The position numbers and the translations under genes are program-made. The notes under the pieces are model-generated. The model ran no database searches and was not told the origin of the DNA. It saw nothing but the letters and a program-made list of their open reading frames with translations. From a virus (Duplodnaviria > Caudoviricetes), in the IMG/VR virus record IMGVR_UViG_3300006793_005371, positions 1-62,600 of that record: a stretch of 62,600 nucleotides of DNA; one strand, 5' to 3'. Shown piece by piece: positions 49,183 to 58,303 of this stretch; the first letter of the stretch is position 1, and every line of letters begins with the position of its first letter.

Positions 49183-50076
49183 ATGAACAGACTTGTTTTC
49201 TTTGGCGACTCCCATACTTGTGGATTAGAGATAGAAGACCATGAGGTACTAGACAACGACTTTGAACTAGTAAATGTTATGAAGGAAGGACTGATAGATC
49301 AGTACAACTTTAAAACAGCAGTTGTGATGTGGCACATGCATATGGCACAACAAACAAACATGTCTCCGTGGGATTATATTGGTAGACCTGTAAAAAGCAG
49401 TTATCCATACTTACTTGGAGAGTTATTAAATAAAGAAATAGTAACACATTGTCAAACTGCAAGTAGCATGGACTATATTTTATTGCAACTAGAAAACATG
49501 CATAGCAAAGGTGAGATTAATCCAGACAACGACACATTGTTTGTTGGTATGTGCAGGCCTACTAGAACATACACACTTGATAAAGACGAGGGTAGATACA
49601 ACTTTGCATTTGAAAACGCAGACGGTAAAGACAGTACAGACCCTGAAGTAGCACAAATGATAAAACGTTTTAATGTTAATAAAGAAATACTGCTATCTGA
49701 ATTTTTAACAGATAATAAATTGGTTGCCAGTTTTTATACAGCACTTAGTGGCATACTAAATTTTGCCACAGTAAACAATTACCAACTACACCTAGTTCCC
49801 CACTTTAATCAAGACTACATTAAAGTTGATGGCATCCATAGACCGCACACTGAAGCATACAAATCTCATTGTGAGACTAAGCAAGAATGGGAGTATTGGG
49901 ACTTTTGTATAGACACATATAACAGAGCAAAGTTGTTTATGTTTGACGAAAATTACCACTTAACATACTTCCAAGCAGACAGAGAAAGGTGTGGATTTTT
50001 CCACCCAGACGCAGAAGCTCATAAAGATTTTGCTGAATACCTAGCCAAAAACATGGATAAAACAGGATTTAATTAA
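49183..50076 (+). CDS. Hypothetical protein, SGNH-like
   Basis: FFGDSHTCG ... HPDAEAH. Confidence 0.55.
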   Translation: MNRLVFFGDSHTCGLEIEDHEVLDNDFELVNVMKEGLIDQYNFKTAVVMWHMHMAQQTNMSPWDYIGRPVKSSYPYLLGELLNKEIVTHCQTASSMDYILLQLENMHSKGEINPDNDTLFVGMCRPTRTYTLDKDEGRYNFAFENADGKDSTDPEVAQMIKRFNVNKEILLSEFLTDNKLVASFYTALSGILNFATVNNYQLHLVPHFNQDYIKVDGIHRPHTEAYKSHCETKQEWEYWDFCIDTYNRAKLFMFDENYHLTYFQADRERCGFFHPDAEAHKDFAEYLAKNMDKTGFN

Positions 50077-50092
50077 TAAATACTAATATAAT

Positions 50093-51016
50093 ATGATTAT
50101 ACAGCCAGACATATATCGACTCAATAGAGACCCTGAGCTGTCTCCTTGGTTTAAGGAACAGTTAGCAAAACAAATTTCTTTTGGAATTTTTCACAACGAC
50201 ATACAAGGATTACAAACATCCTTAGTAAAAGACTTGATTGAATACAAAGCAAAATATGGTCTCGAGCATGTGGTAATAGGAATTAGTGGTGGCATTGATA
50301 GTGCCGTTACTGCTTTACTATTTAAACAAGCAGGTTGGTCAGTAACAGGTTGTATGTTGCCTATTCATCAAGACGATGAAGAACTAGAAAGAGCCAGAAC
50401 ATTTTGTATGGAACAGTTAGACAGTTGGATTGAACATGACTTGTCTAAACAATTTGATGCATTAGTTTCTATTATGGATGAAACAATTTCGCATGACGGA
50501 TTATCAGATGATAAAGTACGTCAAGGTAACATTAGAGCAAGACTTAGAATGATTACATTGTATGATCTTGCTAGTAAACATAAAGGTTTAGTTGCGAGTA
50601 CTGATAACTTTTCAGAACTTGCTACAGGATTTTGGACATTGCATGGTGACGTTGGTGACGTCTCACCTATCCAAGCATTGACAAAGAGCTGGGAAGTTCC
50701 TGCATTAGCAGAACATCTTGGAGTTCCACGTACTATAGTGGAGGCAGTACCCACAGACGGCTTAGGTATTGCCAACGGTGACGAGGACCAATTTGGTTTT
50801 AGTTACTTAGAGTTTGACATTGCATTGTTTTCTATTCTTAGAGGCGATGTAGATCAAACTAAATTAACCGACGAAGATAGAGCGATTGTAGATGCGGTCG
50901 CTGACCGAGTGAGGAGTACTACTTACAAACGTACAAATCCGTTCAATCTTAGTCATCCCTTTGATTCTGTTAGGTACGACGAATTAAATAAACTAGATAA
51001 CTACTTAAGGAGTTAA
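50093..51016 (+). CDS. nadE: NH3-dependent NAD+ synthetase
   Basis: GISGGIDSAV, GNIRARLRM, STDNFSE, GFWTLHGD, PTDGL, DEDQFG. Confidence 0.93.
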   Translation: MIIQPDIYRLNRDPELSPWFKEQLAKQISFGIFHNDIQGLQTSLVKDLIEYKAKYGLEHVVIGISGGIDSAVTALLFKQAGWSVTGCMLPIHQDDEELERARTFCMEQLDSWIEHDLSKQFDALVSIMDETISHDGLSDDKVRQGNIRARLRMITLYDLASKHKGLVASTDNFSELATGFWTLHGDVGDVSPIQALTKSWEVPALAEHLGVPRTIVEAVPTDGLGIANGDEDQFGFSYLEFDIALFSILRGDVDQTKLTDEDRAIVDAVADRVRSTTYKRTNPFNLSHPFDSVRYDELNKLDNYLRS

Positions 51017-51018
51017 CC

Positions 51019-51333
51019 ATGGAATACATTATAGTATTAATTCTTGTAGCAGTTGGTGGAGCATTTTGGTATTTTAACAAAGACCAAAACGACTTGGACA
51101 TTAATGACGATGGCAAAGTCGATGTTGCTGATTTAAAAGAAGCGGCATCTAACGTTGCCAAAGGCGTTAAGGCAGAAGTTAAAAAACTTCCAACACCTGC
51201 TAAGTTAAAAGCTCAAACAAAAGCACAACTCGAAGAGTTGGGCAGAGAGTTTGGCATTGAACTTGACAAACGCAAGAACAAAGATAAGATGATCGCTGAC
51301 CTAAAAGCAGGCGTAAAATCTCAATCAAAGTAA
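51019..51333 (+). CDS. Membrane-anchored protein with EF-hand-like loop and helical C-terminal domain
   Basis: N-terminal TM, DINDDGKVDVAD, TKAQLEELGREFGIELDKRK. Confidence 0.6.
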   Translation: MEYIIVLILVAVGGAFWYFNKDQNDLDINDDGKVDVADLKEAASNVAKGVKAEVKKLPTPAKLKAQTKAQLEELGREFGIELDKRKNKDKMIADLKAGVKSQSK

Positions 51334-51349
51334 TTTAATTTACTCGAGT

Positions 51350-51379
51350 AAATAAAGACGCTCAGGCGTCTTTATTTTT
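51350..51379 (+). terminator. Intrinsic terminator
   Basis: AAATAAAGACGC-TCAG-GCGTCTTTATTTTT. Confidence 0.85.
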
Positions 51380-51434
51380 GACTAAAAATACCCAATAACT
51401 TAACACATCAGTTAATTATATGATAAATATCAGC

Positions 51435-51620
51435 GGAAGTTAGAAAAGCACTCCTTCTTCCACAAGAGGACGGTTGTTGATTGTCTAGTGTTGCCGTGGT
51501 GTGTATCCACTGTAGACTTTATTGCGAAAGTACAGCACATTATAGAGATCATACAAAAGTTAAGGAACTTTAACCCCTCAGCATAGTTCGAGAGAATATG
51601 TGAATACGGATGCTAAACTA
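51435..51620 (+). ncRNA. Candidate structured RNA or leader
   Basis: TAAATA at 51424-51429; stems GGAAG/CTTCC from predicted +1, ACGGT/GCCGT, ACTTT/AAAGT, GTTAAG/TTTAAC, AGCAT/ATGCT. Confidence 0.45.
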
Positions 51621-51639
51621 TTTAGATTCGGAGAATATA

Positions 51640-51825
51640 ATGTCAACCATCACAATCATACGTGAAGGTAAATCTTTAATTCAACGTACTGTAAACGCGA
51701 TGTCTACATTCAAGGACAGATACTGTCCAGATGGTAGAACATGTGAAGACTTGGCTACATTAGGTAGTCTCGCCTTCATCGGTTGGTTTATGTACATTGC
51801 TTTAAAACCACTAAGTGGGTTGTAG
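51640..51825 (+). CDS. Small membrane protein
   Basis: GGAG RBS; CPDGRTC then TM. Confidence 0.6.
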   Translation: MSTITIIREGKSLIQRTVNAMSTFKDRYCPDGRTCEDLATLGSLAFIGWFMYIALKPLSGL

Positions 51826-51848
51826 ATTTACTAACACTTCAAACAATT

Positions 51849-51873
51849 AAGGCTCACTAAGTGGGCCTTTTTT
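51849..51873 (+). terminator. Intrinsic terminator
   Basis: AAGGCTCAC-TAA-GTGGGCCTTTTTT. Confidence 0.8.
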
Positions 51874-51897
51874 ATGACTCTACTAATAAATATCTAT

Positions 51898-52293
51898 ATG
51901 CTTGAAACCTTAGAACAAATACGTCAAACAGTAAGAGACTTTAACAGCCAGAGCCAGTTTAATGATTGGTTAATGGCAGTTGGTAAGCAGGCAGACAAAT
52001 CTAACAGCAGAGAAGTATGCGTAAATGCAAATTATGTTAGAGGTTGTACAAGCAACGTTTGGATAGCAGGAACACAAAAAGAATCCAAATGGTACTTTAA
52101 TTTTTACAGTAACACAATGTTTACTAATGGTATAGCATACATACTATGTGATACTATCGGTGGTAAAACAGTCGACCAAGTTAACCAAATAGAATACAAC
52201 GACTACAAATTTCTTGGAACTAATTTATCACTAGCAAAGAAGCAAGGCTTACAGGCAATGCTCAACCAAATAAAAAACATTGCTAATGCTTGA
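51898..52293 (+). CDS. sufE: SufE/CsdE-like sulfur acceptor
   Basis: NYVRGCTSNVWI motif; start 5 nt after TAAATA. Confidence 0.8.
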   Translation: MLETLEQIRQTVRDFNSQSQFNDWLMAVGKQADKSNSREVCVNANYVRGCTSNVWIAGTQKESKWYFNFYSNTMFTNGIAYILCDTIGGKTVDQVNQIEYNDYKFLGTNLSLAKKQGLQAMLNQIKNIANA

Positions 52294-52318
52294 CATTAAG
52301 CAATTTAGCATGTATAAT
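52290..52318 (+). promoter_or_regulatory. sigma70-type promoter for clpP
   Basis: TTGACA-N17-TATAAT, GGAG RBS. Confidence 0.8.
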
Positions 52319-52345
52319 ATGTGAAACAAAACTAACGGAGATAAC

Positions 52346-52933
52346 ATGAACTTTGTACCATATGTAATTGAGAAAACAGCACAAGGCGAGAGAAGTTACG
52401 ACATTTACAGCAGACTATTAAAAGAACGAATTGTGTTTCTTAATGGACAAGTTGATGATGGTGTATCGAACAGCATTTGTGCCCAACTATTATTTTTAGA
52501 AGCAGAAGATCAAGATGCTGATATCAGTTTTTATATTAACTCACCAGGCGGTGTAGTAACATCAGGCATGGCTATGTACGACACAATGCAATACATTAAG
52601 CCAGACGTATCAACTATTGTAATGGGACAAGCGGCTTCGATGGGAAGTCTACTAGCACAGGCAGGTGCGGCAGGCAAACGTTTCGTACTACCTAAAGCAA
52701 GAACAATGATTCACCAACCATCAGGTGGTGCTCAAGGAATGGCATCTGATATTGCTATTCAGTATGCTGAAATTGAACGTATGAAAAAAGACCTTACTGA
52801 AATTTATGTAAAGCATAATAGTAAGGGTAAAACTTATGCAGAATTTGAAGCAGGTATGGATAGAGATAATTTCTTATCAGCTCAAGAGGCTATTGATTGG
52901 GGACTGGCAGACGAGATAGTTGAGAAAAGGTAG
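52346..52933 (+). CDS. clpP: Clp protease proteolytic subunit
   Basis: [38 protein letters not shown]. Confidence 0.98.
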   Translation: MNFVPYVIEKTAQGERSYDIYSRLLKERIVFLNGQVDDGVSNSICAQLLFLEAEDQDADISFYINSPGGVVTSGMAMYDTMQYIKPDVSTIVMGQAASMGSLLAQAGAAGKRFVLPKARTMIHQPSGGAQGMASDIAIQYAEIERMKKDLTEIYVKHNSKGKTYAEFEAGMDRDNFLSAQEAIDWGLADEIVEKR

Positions 52934-53427
52934 TGGGAGAAGTTAACCTACGTTTTAATGTATTATCACTATCAGATATTGTATCAGTATTTAAAGAATA
53001 CAAAGAACTACCTAATACCGTTGTAATAGATGGTGTTGCCAAAGACAGGCATTGGCCTAGTTTTGTAGGACATTTCTTACTAAGCAAGTTTACTGAAGAA
53101 GAATTGCAAAATGCATGGAACCAAACTAAAAAGCATCTACCACCGTGTGAGCTAGTTGAAGCAAGAGTATTAAAGTATAGTACCACTAGTCATATTCCAG
53201 CACACAAAGACCAACACGAATTCGAAGAATCAGACCTAAGTGTTATAGTACAACTAAATCATCCAGATGATTATGTAGGCGGAGAGTTGATAGTTGAAGG
53301 GCATTTAATGGAACTAAAACAAGGAGATATGGTGTATTACGATTACAATACAATGCATGGAGTACACAGAATAAAGCAAGGTAGTCGTTATGTACTTAAT
53401 TTTCGATGCAAAACGGTTAAATACTAG
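52933..53427 (+). CDS. 2OG-Fe(II) oxygenase
   Basis: HKD, YVGGEL, HGVHRIKQGSRY. Confidence 0.85.
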   Translation: MGEVNLRFNVLSLSDIVSVFKEYKELPNTVVIDGVAKDRHWPSFVGHFLLSKFTEEELQNAWNQTKKHLPPCELVEARVLKYSTTSHIPAHKDQHEFEESDLSVIVQLNHPDDYVGGELIVEGHLMELKQGDMVYYDYNTMHGVHRIKQGSRYVLNFRCKTVKY

Positions 53428-53428
53428 T

Positions 53429-53788
53429 ATGCAAACATTCGATCCAAAAAAAGAACTTATAACCATAACGCCGAGTGCTCAGGTTCACTTCAAACAAGTA
53501 GCAGAAGAGAGCAATGTACACGGCATTCGATTAAAACTAACAGGAGGAGGTTGCGCCGGATTTGCTTACGAATGGGAAATGGTAGAGGATACATCATCAG
53601 TAAGATTAGATGAATTTACTATAGCATTCGAAGGATGGAGTTTTTACTTAGATAACATGAGTAAACCTTATCTTATAGGCAGTACTGTAGACAAGAAAAC
53701 TAGTATAGCAGGTAACATGATTGAGATATCATCGCCACTTGCTGAAAGTACTTGTGGATGTGGTGAGAGCGTAACGTTTAATATATAA
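53429..53788 (+). CDS. iscA: A-type Fe-S carrier (IscA/SufA/HesB)
   Basis: GGGCAGFAY and CGCGES; start 5 nt after TAAATA. Confidence 0.9.
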   Translation: MQTFDPKKELITITPSAQVHFKQVAEESNVHGIRLKLTGGGCAGFAYEWEMVEDTSSVRLDEFTIAFEGWSFYLDNMSKPYLIGSTVDKKTSIAGNMIEISSPLAESTCGCGESVTFNI

Positions 53789-54657
53789 TGGAAGTAGACT
53801 ACAGTTTCTTAGAATACACATACGATCCTGCGACTATGCCTATAAACATGGTAGAGGATCAACTAACAAAACTTGGCTTTGCTAAACGCACAAGGAACAG
53901 CACAGGTGCTGTTACTGTATGGACACAGAATCTATGTATACTAATAATAAAGTCTGTAAGCAATCCTGAAAAAGTAGGAATTAGTGGTATTGGTTTTATC
54001 TGTAGCAAGGACGTAATACAACGTATTGGTGCTAAACCTGATCCAGATGATACTGGTATGTATATTAAAACTACTCCAGCAGGACCAAATGTAGGGTTGC
54101 GTACATTGTTAATGCCTGAAGAAGAGTTTGGTGAGTTACAACGCTCTCTACATCAACTCGAAAAGACTAAAAGTCCAGGCAACGAACAAGGACTAAATTA
54201 TGTAAGCGGTATTATTTACAATAGTATCGACGCAAGAATGAGAGACTTTTACCAAGAGATTGGATTTAAGTTTACAAAGACAGGTGATAGATACTACACA
54301 TTTTTAAGTGCTAATAATAGATTTAGCATACTAATGGACACACAGACCTCAGACGGTAATGTACCTTCAATTATTTGTGACACTGATGACGTGTTCACAA
54401 CCACAGCAAACTATGTGTCAAACGGTGTAGTACTTAGAAAATTTGATAACGATAAAGATCTAGACTTTGGCGAGTTGAATCATAAGATTAGAGGATATAA
54501 CTGTAATGCAGTAGGCAACGAAAACAGTTATACTATCGAGAATCTTATTCCAAATGCGGCTCCCAACTTAGATATTATCTTTAGACAGCGAAAGCAATAT
54601 CTAAATATATCAGAAACAACATTGGATACATATTATGCAGACAACCAAACGCAGTAA
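53788..54657 (+). CDS. Hypothetical protein, possible VOC/HPPD-like fold
   Basis: FLEYT...KLGF and FYQEIGF repeated pattern. Confidence 0.4.
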   Translation: MEVDYSFLEYTYDPATMPINMVEDQLTKLGFAKRTRNSTGAVTVWTQNLCILIIKSVSNPEKVGISGIGFICSKDVIQRIGAKPDPDDTGMYIKTTPAGPNVGLRTLLMPEEEFGELQRSLHQLEKTKSPGNEQGLNYVSGIIYNSIDARMRDFYQEIGFKFTKTGDRYYTFLSANNRFSILMDTQTSDGNVPSIICDTDDVFTTTANYVSNGVVLRKFDNDKDLDFGELNHKIRGYNCNAVGNENSYTIENLIPNAAPNLDIIFRQRKQYLNISETTLDTYYADNQTQ

Positions 54658-54961
54658 TACATACCAAGAAATTTTTGGCGATGATAGAATGCTTGAAGCA
54701 TTTGGTACTCTTCGTCCTTCAGTCTCTGAACGTACTGCATACTTTTTTGAAAGTTGGATGGATTGGAGACGTAATCAAGTAAAATTAAAACCAAAGTTTG
54801 ACCAAGCATGTAGAAACTTGTTAAAGGAACTAGGACTTAAAGAGTTCTGGGAGTTTCAAGTCAGAGAAGGAGAAGTTAGATTCCATCGCGATGATGCTAA
54901 AGCATTCGCACTAGTTAGTGGATTAGAAAACTTCACAAGAAAGGAGAGTTCATATGTTTGA
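54635..54961 (+). CDS. Hypothetical protein
   Basis: ORF in gene run. Confidence 0.55.
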   Translation: MQTTKRSNTYQEIFGDDRMLEAFGTLRPSVSERTAYFFESWMDWRRNQVKLKPKFDQACRNLLKELGLKEFWEFQVREGEVRFHRDDAKAFALVSGLENFTRKESSYV

Positions 54962-55271
54962 TTATTATGATTATGTTAACGGACTTCCTGAAGGCAAACT
55001 AGTTACTGAATTAGAAAAACTTCACAAACGACTATTTAAAACACAACAATCAAGCCCAGTATATCAGCAGTTACTAAACATGATTGATATGGCTCAGAGC
55101 GCCTACACAGACGCCTTATATGCACAGCGAATTAAAAAAGAGGATACTGTAATTGATATAGGCGAGACAGAACATGTTGATTACACACCCGACTATTCTA
55201 AAGATGAAATAGTAAACGCATACATAGAAGTATACACAAAGAAAAAACCTGGAGAACCTCCAGTAAGGTAA
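54954..55271 (+). CDS. Hypothetical protein
   Basis: AGGAG RBS. Confidence 0.6.
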   Translation: MFDYYDYVNGLPEGKLVTELEKLHKRLFKTQQSSPVYQQLLNMIDMAQSAYTDALYAQRIKKEDTVIDIGETEHVDYTPDYSKDEIVNAYIEVYTKKKPGEPPVR

Positions 55272-55275
55272 TATT

Positions 55276-56025
55276 ATGAGAATTGTAACACTAAACAAAA
55301 CACTTCCAATGAGAGTGTTAATGATAGACACTGATCAGAATGCAATACAAACAACAGAGTATAGACTAACGTATTCAATGACAACCAAACTAAATCCTGA
55401 AGCAGTAGATCCTCATTTAGAAGCCACTAAAGCACAAAATAAAAGTTATGCTAAAGTTAACATGTTTGTAGAGCAAGTATTAGATCACAGTTTTTTAGCA
55501 GAGATAGGCAATCCAGATGTTAACTTGTTAGAGAAATACAATAACAATATTATAATTGTTCCAGACCTTAGCGAAACAACATTCCTAGCGGCATTGCATT
55601 GTAAACTTAACAGCATTGTTGATAATAATACATTAGTTGATAAAGTCACTTTAGCAGACACTGATCAACAACTAACATACACATACGAAATCCACGAGAT
55701 GGAAGATGACACATGGATTGAATTGCCAAGTCACGAAGAGTGGTTGCCAGAAAACAGTTATTGGGATACCAGTTGGTGGTTTAGATATGACATTAGTACA
55801 TATGATGGAATGGCTAAAGATAGTGAGGACAGAGATTCGTGGCGCCAAACAATGCAGGACAATGGTGGTGATGAAATCAATAAAGAAGCACTAGATTACA
55901 TTGACACAACATTTGAAAAAATGTTTAACGAAACTATAGAAGGTGCAGGTGAAGTAATTGACCTAGAAGAATTAAGAGTTTCTAAAACAAATAAGAAAAA
56001 GGGTTGGACACCCAAGTTAGTATGA
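55276..56025 (+). CDS. Hypothetical phage protein
   Basis: 249-aa ORF. Confidence 0.6.
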   Translation: MRIVTLNKTLPMRVLMIDTDQNAIQTTEYRLTYSMTTKLNPEAVDPHLEATKAQNKSYAKVNMFVEQVLDHSFLAEIGNPDVNLLEKYNNNIIIVPDLSETTFLAALHCKLNSIVDNNTLVDKVTLADTDQQLTYTYEIHEMEDDTWIELPSHEEWLPENSYWDTSWWFRYDISTYDGMAKDSEDRDSWRQTMQDNGGDEINKEALDYIDTTFEKMFNETIEGAGEVIDLEELRVSKTNKKKGWTPKLV

Positions 56026-56112
56026 AAAAAATAACAAGGCGAGATATAGAGTTTTGGACAATCATGGGAATAGCAATAGCATTTCTATTGTATGTTACTT
56101 GGTAGAAAAAGG

Positions 56113-56141
56113 TTGACATTTGTTATATAGTATTATATAAT
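56113..56141 (+). promoter_or_regulatory. sigma70-type promoter, 7 nt before ATG
   Basis: TTGACA-N17-TATAAT-aacgatt-ATG. Confidence 0.75.
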
Positions 56142-56148
56142 AACGATT

Positions 56149-56619
56149 ATGGATATACAAAACACAGAAACTACAGGCATAGAATTACTGTATAGAAATA
56201 AATCTCTAGTAAATGTGCCATTCGAAGATAGTGTTGTTGCAGAATATAACGACTCTGCTTATGAACTTGATTTAGAAGAGTTAGTAAGCAAAGGTAACTG
56301 GAGCAAGGACTTTAACATACCAGCAAAGTACAAAGAAATTGATGTTGCTGAGTATATTCGTAGACTAATACCAACATCAGGACAAGATGTAAACATCATA
56401 ACCGCTAGAGTAGAGATGGAATTAGCAGAATTTGAGGCCAGGAAGTTATTTCCTGTGTTACAGTTGTTGATATATATAATTGACACTATGCGTAAAAACA
56501 GCCTTGTTTGGGGTGTTGGAAGAGGAAGTAGTGTTGCTAGTTATATACTGTATTTACTGGGTATTCATAAGGTAGATTCGGTTAAATATAAGTTAGATAT
56601 AAAAGAATTTTTAAAATGA
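56149..56619 (+). CDS. DNA polymerase III alpha (DnaE) fragment
   Basis: RVEMEL...WGVGRGSSVASYILYLLGIHKVDSVKY; only 156 aa. Confidence 0.85.
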   Translation: MDIQNTETTGIELLYRNKSLVNVPFEDSVVAEYNDSAYELDLEELVSKGNWSKDFNIPAKYKEIDVAEYIRRLIPTSGQDVNIITARVEMELAEFEARKLFPVLQLLIYIIDTMRKNSLVWGVGRGSSVASYILYLLGIHKVDSVKYKLDIKEFLK

Positions 56620-56626
56620 GGAAAAC

Positions 56627-57172
56627 ATGGTGATAAGAAAAAGCAATAGGGGACAGTCAATTGATATGGAAGCCTTAATTGCGGCTAACAAAGAGTCCCC
56701 AGCAGTCGGTAACATGAAAGTTAATGCCGGCGGTGATGTTGTGGGCAAAGGCGGCGAGATAGTTCAAGCCAACGAAGATCGTGTTAGAGCATATTACCAA
56801 GAAAATCCTTCGAGTAGTACATCTCAAGTAAGTTTAAAAGGCGACATGCCTGGAGTAAAAGCAGAACCAGATGCGGCAAATCCATTAGAACCTAAAACAG
56901 CAAAAACGGCAAAAGAAAATAAAAGAACTGCACCAAAAGAACCTTCAGTATTAGATACTGTAGAAGAAGTGTTGGAAGATAAAATTGAAGCAGTAACCGA
57001 GCCTGAAGAATTTGACGAGCCTGAACATGTTGATATCGGAAAGCAAAAATTAGGAACAGCAGATGTTGAGGACGACAATCAACCATTAGGTTGGAGAGAA
57101 GTTGAACAGCCAAACGGCGACATAGAAATGGTACCATACTACACAGAGGATGAAAAGGATGGCAAAAACTAG
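56627..57172 (+). CDS. Hypothetical phage protein
   Basis: IDMEAL...AVGNMKVNAGGD; acidic tail. Confidence 0.65.
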   Translation: MVIRKSNRGQSIDMEALIAANKESPAVGNMKVNAGGDVVGKGGEIVQANEDRVRAYYQENPSSSTSQVSLKGDMPGVKAEPDAANPLEPKTAKTAKENKRTAPKEPSVLDTVEEVLEDKIEAVTEPEEFDEPEHVDIGKQKLGTADVEDDNQPLGWREVEQPNGDIEMVPYYTEDEKDGKN

Positions 57173-57479
57173 TACTACAACTACTACTATCAGTCCCACT
57201 ACTATTACACTTGATTGTGATTCATCAATAGTTAACACATCGTATAGTCTTGACAACATTGTTGATTGGCAAGACAACATTACTATATCTACAGATTCTA
57301 CAATTTCTGGATTTGATGAAACTCCTATCGAAAGTCTCACACTAGGCAAAGTAAAACTAACAGAAGAAAAACTTGAAAAACTTGATGCATTACTAGATAT
57401 TTTAGAAGGTGCAGAAGGTGGCGAATTAAAAGCAATGTTAGAAACACAAATATTATTAAACAAGGTAAGAAATGGTTAA
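57159..57479 (+). CDS. Hypothetical protein
   Basis: Thr/Ser-rich N-terminus. Confidence 0.5.
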   Translation: MAKTSTTTTTISPTTITLDCDSSIVNTSYSLDNIVDWQDNITISTDSTISGFDETPIESLTLGKVKLTEEKLEKLDALLDILEGAEGGELKAMLETQILLNKVRNG

Positions 57480-57852
57480 ACTAAGAGCAATCAGAGATAC
57501 AATACTAGCAATAAACGGAGACTTCGAAGACCACGTAACTGAGTCCGGTATTATTGTAAAGTCTACAGCAGGAAAAAATGAGGGTATTACTCCTCGTTGG
57601 TTTCAAGTACTAGAAGTAGGTGAGGATTCACAATACTTAGTCAGTGAAGGACAATGGATTTATGTAGAGTACGGCAGATGGACTGAGGCATTAGAACTTA
57701 ACGATGATCGTATTGAAGGTGGTAAAGGCAATGTTTGGAGAATAGATCCAGCAGGCTGTTTAGCAGTATCGGATGAAGCACCAGATAACACATTTCAATT
57801 TAACAAAGACACCGCATTTGACGGTGTATACAGAAACCCACTAGACTCATGA
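57472..57852 (+). CDS. GroES-like co-chaperonin
   Basis: LRAIRDTIL, TESGII, VLEVG, V.EGQ. Confidence 0.75.
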   Translation: MVKLRAIRDTILAINGDFEDHVTESGIIVKSTAGKNEGITPRWFQVLEVGEDSQYLVSEGQWIYVEYGRWTEALELNDDRIEGGKGNVWRIDPAGCLAVSDEAPDNTFQFNKDTAFDGVYRNPLDS

Positions 57853-58031
57853 AACTACCAACCGAAGGCAAACCTAAAACTAATCCATGGTTCAACACAT
57901 TTGGCCTCGCAGGTCTTATGTTCCTAGGAGCAGTACTATTTACAGGTGCAAGTCAATGGTTGTATCTACCAGCACTTATTTTTATACTGTTAGGTCAAGG
58001 ATTACAAATACAACAAAACAAGGAAGACTGA
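57849..58031 (+). CDS. Small membrane protein
   Basis: Two TM segments; coupled at both ends. Confidence 0.55.
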   Translation: MKLPTEGKPKTNPWFNTFGLAGLMFLGAVLFTGASQWLYLPALIFILLGQGLQIQQNKED

Positions 58032-58294
58032 TGCCATACATTGAAAAGACAGGAGTTAAAACTGTAAAAGAACAATTACAACAATGGTATCATGTTATGG
58101 TTGATCCACGTATAGATGGATTCAATGGTTGGGGTTGTAAGAAGAAGTGCTACGAAGTATTATTCGAACTAGAAAAGATTATGGAGAACGCACCTGATTA
58201 CGCAGGCGAAGATGAATGGCTTGAAGAGAAAAGGCAGGAACGTGTTCAAGCAGTATTAGAAGGTAAAGGCAAGTCCATAAATTACGTTCCATAG
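58031..58294 (+). CDS. Hypothetical T4-like phage protein
   Basis: DPRIDGFNGWGCKK...YAGEDEW. Confidence 0.6.
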   Translation: MPYIEKTGVKTVKEQLQQWYHVMVDPRIDGFNGWGCKKKCYEVLFELEKIMENAPDYAGEDEWLEEKRQERVQAVLEGKGKSINYVP

Positions 58295-58303
58295 GAGAGC
58301 AAC

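Noticed and set aside
56149-56619. dnaE pseudogene
   Set aside because: Clean ORF with promoter and no frameshifted continuation
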